From Bellilinea caldifistulae (lineage in GTDB: Bacteria; Chloroflexota; Anaerolineae; Anaerolineales; Anaerolineaceae), in the NCBI RefSeq assembly GCF_001306055.1, contig NZ_LGHJ01000024.1, forward strand, positions 30,001 through 62,000: DNA of 32,000 nt, given 5' to 3'. Each line of letters starts with the position of its first letter. Position 1 is the stretch's first letter. Below the pieces are notes generated by a model, which saw only the letters and a list, made by a program, of their open reading frames with translations, was not told where the DNA came from and searched no databases. Positions 1-8,585 of the stretch are shown here, in pieces. Position numbers and translations under genes: made by a program.

Positions 1-1
1 C

Positions 2-256
2 CGTCCGGGTGAAAAACTGCACGAAGTGCTGATTTCCGAGGACGAAGCCCGCACCACTGTGGAGTTGGAGGATATGTATGTGGTACAACCGGCTGAAACG
101 CTCTGGTTTGGCCGGGAATGGGAAAAACGCGGCAAACCTCTGCCGGACGGCTTCCGTTATGCCAGCAACACCAACACCGACTGGCTGACGATTGAGAAAA
201 TTCGTGAGATCATCCGTCCGATTGAAGAGGCCTACAAACAGGGAACCCTGGAATGA
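2..256 (+). CDS. UDP-N-acetylglucosamine 4,6-dehydratase family protein (PseB/FlaA1 / CapE-FnlA-WbvB type), C-terminal fragment; 5' end lies outside the window
   Basis: The frame is open to the window edge. Translation from nt 2 reads RPGEKLHEVLISEDEA...FRYASNTNTDWLTIEKI, which matches the conserved C-terminus of Polysacc_synt_2 dehydratases. The GTG at 26 in the ORF track is internal. Stop TGA 254-256 overlaps the next start (ATGA). Confidence 0.75.
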   Translation, partial: RPGEKLHEVLISEDEARTTVELEDMYVVQPAETLWFGREWEKRGKPLPDGFRYASNTNTDWLTIEKIREIIRPIEEAYKQGTLE

Positions 257-1191
257 TGCGGATTCTGGTCACAGGTGCCAGCGGCTTGCTGGGCTTGAAC
301 TTTGCCCTGCGTTACCACGCCGATCATCAGGTCAGCGGGGTGGTTCACCGCAACCCGCTGCGCAACCCGCCCTTTCGGCAAATCGTCGCCGACCTGAGCG
401 ACCCAAAAATGCTCGAAGCCGTGTTGGAGCAGACTCAACCGGAGGTGGTGCTGCATTGTGCTGCGCTGGCCAATCTGGACGAATGCGAACGCAACCCCCA
501 GCGCGCGGTTGAGATCAATGTGAACCTGCCGGCGGCGTTGGCGCGTTGCGCTGCGCGGGATGGCTTTCGGCTGGTGCATCTTTCTACCGACGCGGTTTTT
601 GACGGACAGCGTGGTGACTACACCGAAGAGGATACCCCCAACCCCTTGAGTGTGTATGCCCGCACCAAGCGGCAGGCCGAACTGCGCGTCCTGGAAACCT
701 GTCCGCAAGCGCTGGTGGCACGGGTTAATTTTTACGGGTGGAGCCTTTCCGGTCAGCGAAGTTTGGGGGAGTTTTTCTTTTATAACTTGAAAGAAGGCAG
801 GCCGGTCAAGGGCTTTACGGATGTGTTGTTTTGCCCGCTGGAGGCCACCCAACTGGCCGATCTTTTGCTGAGTCTGGTTCGTAAGGGCGCTGCGGGTTTG
901 TTCCACGTGGTCAGCAGCGAGTGCCAGTCCAAATATCAGTTTGGGGTGAGCATTGCCCGCCGGTTTGGGCTGGATGAAAGGTTGATCGAACCGGTTTCGG
1001 TGATGGAGGGGGGGCTGGTTGCCCGGCGTTCGCCCAATTTACGCCTGCGCACCGATAAACTGCGTGAGGCGCTTGGCGAATCTCCACCCGGGCAGGCGGA
1101 GGCTCTGGAGCGTTTTTATGAATTGTATTTATCCGGTTATCCGCAGCGAGTCCGCTCGCTGGCGGATGGCCGTGGAAGCCAATCGGCCTAA
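253..1191 (+). CDS. RmlD-like NAD(P)-dependent sugar-nucleotide 4-reductase (extended SDR)
   Basis: N-terminal Rossmann motif ILVTGASGLLG, catalytic YARTK (YxxxK), and STDAVFDG typical of the dTDP-4-dehydrorhamnose reductase family. Translationally coupled to the upstream dehydratase. Confidence 0.8.
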   Translation: MMRILVTGASGLLGLNFALRYHADHQVSGVVHRNPLRNPPFRQIVADLSDPKMLEAVLEQTQPEVVLHCAALANLDECERNPQRAVEINVNLPAALARCAARDGFRLVHLSTDAVFDGQRGDYTEEDTPNPLSVYARTKRQAELRVLETCPQALVARVNFYGWSLSGQRSLGEFFFYNLKEGRPVKGFTDVLFCPLEATQLADLLLSLVRKGAAGLFHVVSSECQSKYQFGVSIARRFGLDERLIEPVSVMEGGLVARRSPNLRLRTDKLREALGESPPGQAEALERFYELYLSGYPQRVRSLADGRGSQSA

Positions 1192-1216
1192 TTTCTGAGA
1201 AGAAGGAGACAGTCAG

Positions 1217-2290
1217 ATGTCCGTAGAAATCAAAATTGGAAATCGAATCATCGGCGACAATCACCCCACTTACTTTGTGGCTGACATTGCCGCCAACCAT
1301 GATGGCAGTCTGGAACGTGCCAAGTATCTGATCAAGCTTGCCAAACAAGCCGGCGCCGATGCGGCCAAGTTTCAGAACTTTGCCGCACCAAAAATCGTTT
1401 CGGATTACGGCTTCAAGGCGCTGGGTTCGCAGCAATCCCATCAGGCCAGCTGGAAGCGTTCGGTTTTTGAAGTCTATCAATCGGCTTCCATTCCCTTTGA
1501 ATGGACGTATGAGCTTAAGGAAACCTGCGACAAAGTTGGGATTGATTACTTTTCCGCGCCGTATGACTTCGAAGCGATTGATTTCCTTGATGAACATATG
1601 CCGGTTTACAAAATCGGCTCCGGCGATATTGACTGGCTGGAAGCCATTGAGCGGATTGCCCGCAAGGGCAAGCCGGTCTTTCTGGCAACAGGGGCATCCA
1701 ATATCGGTGATGTCCAGCGCGCCGTCCATACCGTGCTGGCGCATAATCCCCAACTGGTGCTGATGCAGTGCAACACCAACTACACCGGTAGTATCGAGAA
1801 TTTCAAACATGTTCACCTGAATGTGTTGAAAACCTACCGCGCCATGTTCCCGAACGTGGTGCTGGGACTTTCGGATCATACCCCCGGACATGCTGCGGTT
1901 TTGGGCGCGGTGGCGTTAGGCGCAAGGGTGATCGAAAAACACTTTACCGATGACAACACCCGCGAAGGCCCGGATCATGCCTTTGCCCTTGATCCGATTG
2001 CCTGGGAAGAGATGGTCATGCGTACCCGCGAGCTGGAAATGGCGCTGGGAGATGGCGACAAACGGGTAGCCGATAATGAACGTGAAACCGTCATCCTGCA
2101 GCGGCGCTGCCTGCGGGCGGCACGCGATATCCGCGCCGGAGAGATCATCACACGTGAGATGATTGATGTGCTGCGGCCGGCAACCCCGGGCGCCATCCTG
2201 CCGCCGGAGATTGATCGCGTGATCGGCACCAAGGCCCTGCGCGATTTGCCGTATGGCAAAGAAATTCGCTGGACGGATTTGGGCGATTGA
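1217..2290 (+). CDS. NeuB-family ulosonic (nonulosonic) acid synthase with C-terminal SAF domain
   Basis: IGDNHPTYFVADIAANHDGSLERAKYLIKLAKQAGADAAKFQNF is the NeuB/PseI/SpsE signature. The C-terminal RRCLRAARDIRAGEIITREMIDVLRP is SAF-like. RBS GAAGGAG lies 8 nt upstream of the ATG. Confidence 0.85.
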   Translation: MSVEIKIGNRIIGDNHPTYFVADIAANHDGSLERAKYLIKLAKQAGADAAKFQNFAAPKIVSDYGFKALGSQQSHQASWKRSVFEVYQSASIPFEWTYELKETCDKVGIDYFSAPYDFEAIDFLDEHMPVYKIGSGDIDWLEAIERIARKGKPVFLATGASNIGDVQRAVHTVLAHNPQLVLMQCNTNYTGSIENFKHVHLNVLKTYRAMFPNVVLGLSDHTPGHAAVLGAVALGARVIEKHFTDDNTREGPDHAFALDPIAWEEMVMRTRELEMALGDGDKRVADNERETVILQRRCLRAARDIRAGEIITREMIDVLRPATPGAILPPEIDRVIGTKALRDLPYGKEIRWTDLGD

Positions 2291-3444
2291 AGATTCTGTA
2301 TTTTTCGCGCGACTACACTCCCCACGACCACCGCTTTTTGAGCGCGCTGGCGCAGTCGCCGCATACCATCTACTACCTGCGGTTGGAGCGGCAGCCCCGT
2401 CAATTGGAAGATCGTCCGTTGCCGCCCCAGGTGGAGCAGGTGGTCTGGCAGGGTGGACGCCAGTCAGCCGGCTGGCGGGACTACCCGCGCCTGCTGAGGG
2501 ACTTAAAACGCGTCATCCGCCAGATTCAACCGGATGTCATCCATGTCGGGCCGATTCAATCGGCGGCTTTTCTGGCGGCGTTGAGCGGTTTTCAGCCGCT
2601 GGTGAGTATGTCGTGGGGTTCGGATCTGCTGCTGGATGCCGGGCGTTCGGCGTGGATGCGCTGGGTGACCCGCTTTACCCTGCGCCGCACCACCGTGCTG
2701 GCAGCCGACTGTCGTACCGTGCAAATAAAAGCCGCCTCCTTTGGATTCCCGGCTGAGCGGGTTGTTCTCTTCCCCTGGGGGGTGGATTTGACTCAATTCC
2801 GCCCCGGCCGGGCGGAGGAGTTCCGGACGCGGCGCGGCTGGCAGGAGGCGTTTGTGGTGCTTTCCCTGCGTACCTGGGAACCGCTCTACGGCGTGGATGT
2901 GGTAGCGCGCGGCTTTGCACGCGCCGCCCGCCAGAATCCGCGCCTGCGTTTGCTGCTGCTGGGCGGCGGCTCGCAGGCAGGCCTGATTCGTACCATCTTT
3001 CAGCAGGAAGGGGTACTGGAACAGGTCTTTTTTGGCGGGCAGGTCAACGGGGATGAACTCCCGCAGTATTATCAGGCTGCCGATTTGTATGTCAGCGCCT
3101 CTCACAGCGATGGTTCTTCGGTTTCGCTGATGGAAGCCCTGGCCAGCGGACTTCCGGTGCTGGTTTCGGACATCCCATCCAACCGCGAGTGGGTGACCGA
3201 CGGTCAGGAGGGCTGGCTCTTCCCGGATGGCGATGATCTCGCTTTGAGCGAGGGGATATTGCGGGCGGCCGGCCAGCCGGAGGTGCTGGCTCCAATGAAA
3301 TTGGCTGCCCGCCGACTCGCCGAGGAACGCGCCAACTGGCCGGTCAATTTTCAGCGCTTGCTGGAAGCCTATCAACGGGCGGTGGATTTGCATCGTTCTT
3401 CACTCTCTTCAATCTCAAAACCCTTGAAGGAGCAGCAACCATGA
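2287..3444 (+). CDS. Glycosyltransferase family 4 (GT-B, Glycos_transf_1)
   Basis: C-terminal EX7E-type region SVSLMEALASGLPVLVSDIPSNREWVTDGQEGWLF. TTG start overlaps the upstream stop. Confidence 0.85.
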   Translation: MKILYFSRDYTPHDHRFLSALAQSPHTIYYLRLERQPRQLEDRPLPPQVEQVVWQGGRQSAGWRDYPRLLRDLKRVIRQIQPDVIHVGPIQSAAFLAALSGFQPLVSMSWGSDLLLDAGRSAWMRWVTRFTLRRTTVLAADCRTVQIKAASFGFPAERVVLFPWGVDLTQFRPGRAEEFRTRRGWQEAFVVLSLRTWEPLYGVDVVARGFARAARQNPRLRLLLLGGGSQAGLIRTIFQQEGVLEQVFFGGQVNGDELPQYYQAADLYVSASHSDGSSVSLMEALASGLPVLVSDIPSNREWVTDGQEGWLFPDGDDLALSEGILRAAGQPEVLAPMKLAARRLAEERANWPVNFQRLLEAYQRAVDLHRSSLSSISKPLKEQQP

Positions 3445-4226
3445 CAGTCACTCCACCCCATGTGGTTGCGATTGTGCAGGGGCGGATGACTTCCAGCCGC
3501 CTGCCGGGCAAAATCCTTGCCGATTTGGGCGGTAAGCCGATGCTGGCACACGTGGTCGAACGGGTGCGCCGGTCTAAAACTGTTCGGCAGGTGGTGGTTG
3601 CCACTACGGTGGATCGCAGTGATGACCCGGTGACCGAATTCTGTCAGAAGCATGGCTATGATTGCTTCCGCGGTAGTTTATTCGATGTGCTGGACCGCTT
3701 TTACGAGGCAGCCCGGGCTTACCGTGCGGATGTGATCGTACGCATTACCGCCGATTGCCCGTTGATTGACCCGCTGGTGATTGACCAGACGGTCGAAGCC
3801 TTTTTTGCTCATCAGGCAGATTTTGCTGCCAACCGCCTGCCGCCGCCGTGGAAACGCACTTTCCCTATTGGATTGGATACGGAAGTGTGCAGTTTTGCGG
3901 CGCTGGAACGTGCCTGGCGCGAAGCGGACAAACCGCATGAGCGCGAGCATGTCATGCCGTATCTGTACGAGGAAGAAGGCCGCTTCAAGGTGCATGTCAT
4001 CCACGCCGGGCAGGATTACGGCAACCTGCGCTGGACGGTGGACACCCCCGAAGATTTGACCGCCATGCGGGCTTTATTTGCCCTGTTTCAAAATCAACCG
4101 CCGCTTTCCTGGCTGGAGGTGCTTCCGGTCTGGCTGCAGCATCCGGAAGTCCAATCGCTCAACGCCGGGGTGCAGCATCACTGGTTCAACGAATATGACG
4201 AACGTTTTGGCAAACAGGAATCGTAA
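3441..4226 (+). CDS. SpsF/PseF-like cytidylyltransferase (CMP-ulosonic acid synthetase family, COG1861 type)
   Basis: VVAIVQGRMTSSRLPGKILADLGGKPML is the nucleotide-binding N-terminus. RITADCPLIDP and WTVDTPEDL motifs are characteristic of SpsF-type enzymes. ATGA overlap with the upstream gene. Confidence 0.85.
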   Translation: MTVTPPHVVAIVQGRMTSSRLPGKILADLGGKPMLAHVVERVRRSKTVRQVVVATTVDRSDDPVTEFCQKHGYDCFRGSLFDVLDRFYEAARAYRADVIVRITADCPLIDPLVIDQTVEAFFAHQADFAANRLPPPWKRTFPIGLDTEVCSFAALERAWREADKPHEREHVMPYLYEEEGRFKVHVIHAGQDYGNLRWTVDTPEDLTAMRALFALFQNQPPLSWLEVLPVWLQHPEVQSLNAGVQHHWFNEYDERFGKQES

Positions 4227-4229
4227 GCA

Positions 4230-5162
4230 ATGCCGCTTTTGACCATCTTCACCGCCCCCAAACCGTTTACCAACCCGCACATTGCGATGATTCAGCGCAA
4301 TGCCCTGCGTTCGTGGCTGGCTTTGGGTGATGAGGTGGAGGTACTGCTGATCGGCGATGAAGAGGGCCTCGCCGAAACGGCGGCAGAATTGGGTATCCGC
4401 CACTTGCCACAGGTGGAACGCAACGCCTACGGCACGCCGCTGATTCGCTCGATATTCGACCTCGCGCGCCGGCACGGCAGCGGTGAAATTCTGGCTTATG
4501 TGAATGCCGATATTCTGCTGCTGCCCGATTTTGTGGAAGCGGCAAAGCGGGCTGCCGGGCAGTTTTCAGGTTTCCTCATCGTTGGGCAGCGTTGGGACGT
4601 GGATGTGCGCCAGTCGCTGGATTTTGAAGGGGAGTGGGCCGACCGACTGCGGCAAATGGCGCTCAACGAGGGACGCCTGCACTCGCCCGGCGGCAGCGAT
4701 TATTTCATCTTCCCCCGTGAGTGTTTCGAGAATGTGCCGCCAATGGCGGTCGGGCGGGCCGGCTGGGATAACTGGATGATTTATGCCGCGCGGGCGGCTG
4801 GTTTACCGGTGATTGATGCCAGTCAAAGCGTGATGATTTTGCATCAAAATCACGACTACTCGCACCTGCCCGGCGGTCAGCCCCACTATCGCCTTCCGGA
4901 AACGGAAGAAAACGTGCGATTGGGCGGCGGCAAGTTGACCATCTTCAAACTGACGGATGCCACTCATCGCCTGACCGACGAGGGAGTCTCCCCTTTGCCG
5001 CTGAAGGGCGAAAAACTGCGCCGCGAGGTGGAGATTTTCCCGCTGGTGCGCCTGCATTCGTCGGCGCTGGCGTGGTTGTTTTTTGCCGTTTTTCACCCTT
5101 ATAAGGCCTATGCCGAATTGCGCAAACGGCTGACGGCTCCTCACAACCGAAAGGAAGGATGA
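4230..5162 (+). CDS. Conserved hypothetical protein, possible GT-A-fold glycosyltransferase
   Basis: 310-aa ORF tightly packed in the operon. N-terminal LTIFTAPKPF...QRNALRSW and a central YVNADILLLPDF (DXD-like position) resemble uncharacterised GT-A-like proteins. I recognised no definitive motif. Confidence 0.55.
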   Translation: MPLLTIFTAPKPFTNPHIAMIQRNALRSWLALGDEVEVLLIGDEEGLAETAAELGIRHLPQVERNAYGTPLIRSIFDLARRHGSGEILAYVNADILLLPDFVEAAKRAAGQFSGFLIVGQRWDVDVRQSLDFEGEWADRLRQMALNEGRLHSPGGSDYFIFPRECFENVPPMAVGRAGWDNWMIYAARAAGLPVIDASQSVMILHQNHDYSHLPGGQPHYRLPETEENVRLGGGKLTIFKLTDATHRLTDEGVSPLPLKGEKLRREVEIFPLVRLHSSALAWLFFAVFHPYKAYAELRKRLTAPHNRKEG

Positions 5163-5165
5163 ACG

Positions 5166-6122
5166 ATGCGTGTAGGTCAAAACCCGGCCAAGTTCGTCAA
5201 AGAAGTTGCCAACCCGGAACGCATTACGGTAGCGGTGTTAAGTTACATCCCGTTCCTGAGCGGTTTTTATGCCGAAACGCTGGATGTGCTGAAGGTTTGC
5301 CTTGCCTCGGCACGCAAAGATGCCGGTCTGCCGTTTGATCTGCTGGTGTTCGACAACGGCTCATGCGCCGAGGTGCAGGACTGGCTGGTAAGTGAGCAGC
5401 GTGACGGTAATATTCAGTATTTGATCCTATCGGAGAAGAACCTCGGCAAGGGCGGAGCGTGGAATATCATCCTGAACGGTGCGCCGGGAGAGATCATTGC
5501 CTACGCCGACAGTGATGTGCTGTTTTACCCCGGCTGGCTCAAGCAGAGCGTTGACCTGTTGGAAACCTTTCCCCATGTGGGCATGGTGACAGCCCGGCCT
5601 TACCGCACCAATCCTCAGTTTTACAGCAGCACCGTAGCCTGGGCAGAGTCTCAACCGGACGTGCAGGTCGAGCGCGGGCAGTTCATCCCGTGGGAGGTAT
5701 TCCGTGAATTTGACCTGAGTTTGGGACAGAGTGAGGAAGAAATCCGCCAGCGTTACGAGACGACCGAGGACGTGCGGATTACCTACCGCGGCATGCAGGC
5801 GATTGCTGGAGCGTCTCACTGGCAATTCACGGCTTACAAGTCCACGCTGGCGCAATTTTTGCCATTTCAGATGGATCGCCCAATGGGGCAGGTTAAGCAA
5901 CTGGATCAGCGCGTCAATGATGCCGGCCTGCTGCGGCTGATGCCCACCCAGCCCTTCGCCATGAATCTGAGCAATACCCTGCGCGGTCTGAAAGCCGATC
6001 AACACCAGCCTGGCCGCCTGCGCTCCAAACGCCCAAATCCGCTGCTGGATTTTCCGCCGCTGCGGGCGTTGTTGTTGAAATTTTACGACACGATTTTCCG
6101 CTGGTATTATGACCGGCGATAA
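5166..6122 (+). CDS. Glycosyltransferase family 2-like (GT-A)
   Basis: ITVAVLSYIP...LLVFDNGSCAEV...IAYADSDVLFYPGW gives a GT2 layout with DNGS and DSD motifs. Confidence 0.75.
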   Translation: MRVGQNPAKFVKEVANPERITVAVLSYIPFLSGFYAETLDVLKVCLASARKDAGLPFDLLVFDNGSCAEVQDWLVSEQRDGNIQYLILSEKNLGKGGAWNIILNGAPGEIIAYADSDVLFYPGWLKQSVDLLETFPHVGMVTARPYRTNPQFYSSTVAWAESQPDVQVERGQFIPWEVFREFDLSLGQSEEEIRQRYETTEDVRITYRGMQAIAGASHWQFTAYKSTLAQFLPFQMDRPMGQVKQLDQRVNDAGLLRLMPTQPFAMNLSNTLRGLKADQHQPGRLRSKRPNPLLDFPPLRALLLKFYDTIFRWYYDRR

Positions 6123-6124
6123 GG

Positions 6125-7579
6125 ATGGGAGAGATAACCGCAAGTCCTATGACAAACAAACGCATCTTCATCAGTGCTGACCATGGTTTAGCGGTGGTTT
6201 ACTTCCTGCAAACGGATGTGCTGCCCACGCTCTTGAAGGGCGGGGTTGAGGTGGTGCTGCTGACCGACGACGGTCTGGTGGAACAGATTCAACGCCGCTT
6301 TGGGCAGCCGGGTCTGATTGTCGAGGGGTTGCGCCTCAAACAGGCGCGCCATTATTTTGAGACGCACGACCACAGCACGCAGTACTGGCTGCACTTTTTA
6401 CGCTGGATGGGCGGCTCGCGGCGAATCAACACCAACGCCATGGACGGTCACCTGCGCCAGATGCAGCATGAGACCTCCCGGCGGGGTAAATTGTTGATGC
6501 CCTTCATCCGGGCTGCCACGGCGGTGCTGCGTCGTTCGGCTGTGGCGCGGCGGGCGCTGGTCAACTTTCAGATGCGCTACACCCCGCAAATTTATGGTGA
6601 CCTGTTTGAGAAATACCGCCCGGCGCTGGTGGTTGCCAGCACTCCCGGCTGGCGCTTTGACCGCTACCTGCTGCGTGAGGCGGTCCGGCAGGGTATTTGC
6701 ACTGCCACGGCGATTATCGGCTGGGATAATCCCAGCAGTTACCGGCTGCCGGGCGCTCCGGTGGACTACATCACCTGCTGGTCGGAAATTCAAAAGGAAG
6801 AACTGGTGCTGGGTTCAGACTGGCAGCCGGAGCGGGTCAACATCGGCGGTATTCCGGCTTATGACGGTTACTTCCGCAAACAGTGGCAGATGAGCCGCGA
6901 AGAATACTTTGCCCTGCACGGGCTTGACCCGCAGCGTAAATTGCTGGCTTACGCTTCCAGTTTTGTCACTTTTGCGCCGAATTACCCCAACATCGAGGCG
7001 TTGGCGCGGCTGGTAGCCGAAGACCGCCTGGCTTACCCGGCGCAGCTGCTCATCCGTCTGCATCCCAATCATTTCATCCCCGGTTCGCTCTACGAAAAAG
7101 AGGCGCAGCGCGTTCGTCAACTGGTTGGTGAATTACCCCATGTTCATCTGGTTGAGCCGGTCCCGCTGGGCGGTGAATTGGGATATTATTCCGGGGAGGA
7201 CATGCCGGAAAAATCCTCGATGATGGCCCATGCGGATGTCTTTCTGACTGTTTATTCAACGATGGTGGTGGAAACCGCCATCCACGACCGCCCGATTGTG
7301 AGTGTGTGCATTGACACACCCGGCGGGTGGAACACGCCCGGCAAATTTTCACTGGCGCTTTCGGAAATTGCCGAATGGCCGACTCATTTACGCTTCCGGC
7401 AGGCCGGTGCCGGGCGGGTTGCGCTCAATCCCGAACAGGTGCGCGAGGCGGTCAATTTTTACCTGACTCAGCCGGATGCCGACCGCGAAGCACGCCGCCG
7501 CTTTGTGGAGCGGGAAGTGACTTTCACGGATGGCAGCGCCGGCAGGCGTACCGCCGAATATCTGCTTTCTCTGGTGTGA
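6125..7579 (+). CDS. Uncharacterised GT-B-like protein with HP motif; candidate CMP-ulosonic-acid (sialyl/Kdo-type) transferase
   Basis: 484 aa, with LIRLHPNHF (HP codons at 7061-7066) followed by FLTVYSTMVVETAIHDRPIVSV. This arrangement resembles Capsule_synth/sialyltransferase-type GT-B C-terminal domains. The assignment is tentative. Confidence 0.45.
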   Translation: MGEITASPMTNKRIFISADHGLAVVYFLQTDVLPTLLKGGVEVVLLTDDGLVEQIQRRFGQPGLIVEGLRLKQARHYFETHDHSTQYWLHFLRWMGGSRRINTNAMDGHLRQMQHETSRRGKLLMPFIRAATAVLRRSAVARRALVNFQMRYTPQIYGDLFEKYRPALVVASTPGWRFDRYLLREAVRQGICTATAIIGWDNPSSYRLPGAPVDYITCWSEIQKEELVLGSDWQPERVNIGGIPAYDGYFRKQWQMSREEYFALHGLDPQRKLLAYASSFVTFAPNYPNIEALARLVAEDRLAYPAQLLIRLHPNHFIPGSLYEKEAQRVRQLVGELPHVHLVEPVPLGGELGYYSGEDMPEKSSMMAHADVFLTVYSTMVVETAIHDRPIVSVCIDTPGGWNTPGKFSLALSEIAEWPTHLRFRQAGAGRVALNPEQVREAVNFYLTQPDADREARRRFVEREVTFTDGSAGRRTAEYLLSLV

Positions 7580-7587
7580 GGAAACTC

Positions 7588-8574
7588 ATGAAGTTCTTGA
7601 TCGCCGGTTTTGGTTCGATAGGCCGCAGGCATCTGCGCAATTTGCTGGCGCTGGGGGAGCGCGATATTATCCTGTACCGCACCCACCGTTCCACCCTGCC
7701 GACCGATGAAATTGAGCAGTTCCCCACCGAAACCTCTCTGGAAGCCGCGCTTGCCCACCGTCCCGATGCGGTGATCATCTCCAACCCGACCGCTTTGCAC
7801 CTTTCGGTTGCCATACCGGCTGCCCGGCAGGGCTGCCACATCCTCATGGAAAAGCCGATTTCCCACTCGTTGGAGGGATTGGACGAACTGCGCCGCGCGC
7901 TGGAGCAGGGCGGCGGTCAATTGCTGATGGGATACCAGTTTCGCTTTCATCCTACCTTGCGGACGGCAGCGGCGGTGATCGCCGCCGGTGAGATCGGCCG
8001 GCCGCTGGCGGTGCGGGCGCACTGGGGCGAGTACCTGCCCAACTGGCATCCGTGGGAAGATTACCGCCAGAGTTATGCAGCCCGCCCAGACCTGGGCGGG
8101 GGGGTCATCCTGACCCTCTGCCACCCGCTGGACTACCTGCGGATGATGATTGGAGAAATCCGCTCGGTCAGCGCCATGACGGCTACCATCCCCGAGCTCG
8201 ACCTGAATCTGGATGCGGTGGCGGAAATTCTGCTGGGTTTTGAGAATCAGGCGGTTGGCAGTGTCCATCTGGATTACATTCAGCAGCCGGCCCAACACAC
8301 CGTGCAGGTGATTGGCAGTGAGGGTGTGCTGAATTGGGATAACACCAGTGGCCTGCTCGCCTGGCAGCGGGTGGGAGAAAACCAGCCACACCACGCTCAC
8401 CCGCCGGCGGATTTTGAGCGCAACTGGATGTTTCTGGAACAGATGCGCCATTTTCTGGAAGTGGTGCGCGGAGAAGACCGACCGATTTGTACGCTGGAGG
8501 ACGGCCAACGCGCTTTGCAAATTGCTCTGGCAGCGCTCGATTCGGCCCGGCAGGGACGGACATTCACGATATGA
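7588..8574 (+). CDS. Gfo/Idh/MocA family NAD(P)-dependent oxidoreductase
   Basis: MKFLIAGFGSIGRRHLRNL Rossmann N-terminus and the EKP motif (ILMEKPISH). I chose ATG 7588 over the track start at 7327 because the extension overlaps the upstream CDS and the fold begins at 7588. Confidence 0.85.
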   Translation: MKFLIAGFGSIGRRHLRNLLALGERDIILYRTHRSTLPTDEIEQFPTETSLEAALAHRPDAVIISNPTALHLSVAIPAARQGCHILMEKPISHSLEGLDELRRALEQGGGQLLMGYQFRFHPTLRTAAAVIAAGEIGRPLAVRAHWGEYLPNWHPWEDYRQSYAARPDLGGGVILTLCHPLDYLRMMIGEIRSVSAMTATIPELDLNLDAVAEILLGFENQAVGSVHLDYIQQPAQHTVQVIGSEGVLNWDNTSGLLAWQRVGENQPHHAHPPADFERNWMFLEQMRHFLEVVRGEDRPICTLEDGQRALQIALAALDSARQGRTFTI

Positions 8575-8585
8575 GGAAGAAAACC

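Noticed and set aside
232-1891. Long minus-strand ORFs (232-906, 911-1891) opposite the reductase and NeuB genes
   Set aside because: They are typical antisense shadow ORFs in GC-rich DNA. The translations are Arg/Gly/Pro/His-rich with no recognisable motifs, while the plus-strand frames carry clear family signatures.
2503-3393. 296-aa minus-strand ORF and several plus-strand off-frame ORFs within the GT4 gene
   Set aside because: Low-complexity, Arg/Pro-rich translations. The GT4 frame has the canonical Glycos_transf_1 motif.
5427-6143. 238-aa minus-strand ORF opposite the GT2-like gene
   Set aside because: Shadow ORF with no motifs. It would break an otherwise uniformly plus-strand, translationally coupled array.
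6266-6274. DDG tripeptide in the 484-aa protein as the sialyltransferase D/E-D/E-G motif (also DEG in the 538-aa protein)
   Set aside because: Its spacing from the HP motif is far from that in GT38/52/80 enzymes, and tripeptides occur by chance. I did not use it as evidence.
7327-7587. N-terminal extension of the Gfo/Idh/MocA ORF (track start at 7327)
   Set aside because: The extension overlaps the 3' end of the preceding CDS in another frame and translates to Arg/Gly/Cys-rich sequence with no resemblance to a protein. The Rossmann fold starts at ATG 7588.
8487-8585. Upstream extensions of ORF-track starts (8487 here; likewise 9357, 10091, 25212 and 27106)
   Set aside because: The extensions overlap upstream genes or lack RBSs. 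The internal ATGs have Shine-Dalgarno-like sequences and give proper signal peptides or Rossmann N-termini.
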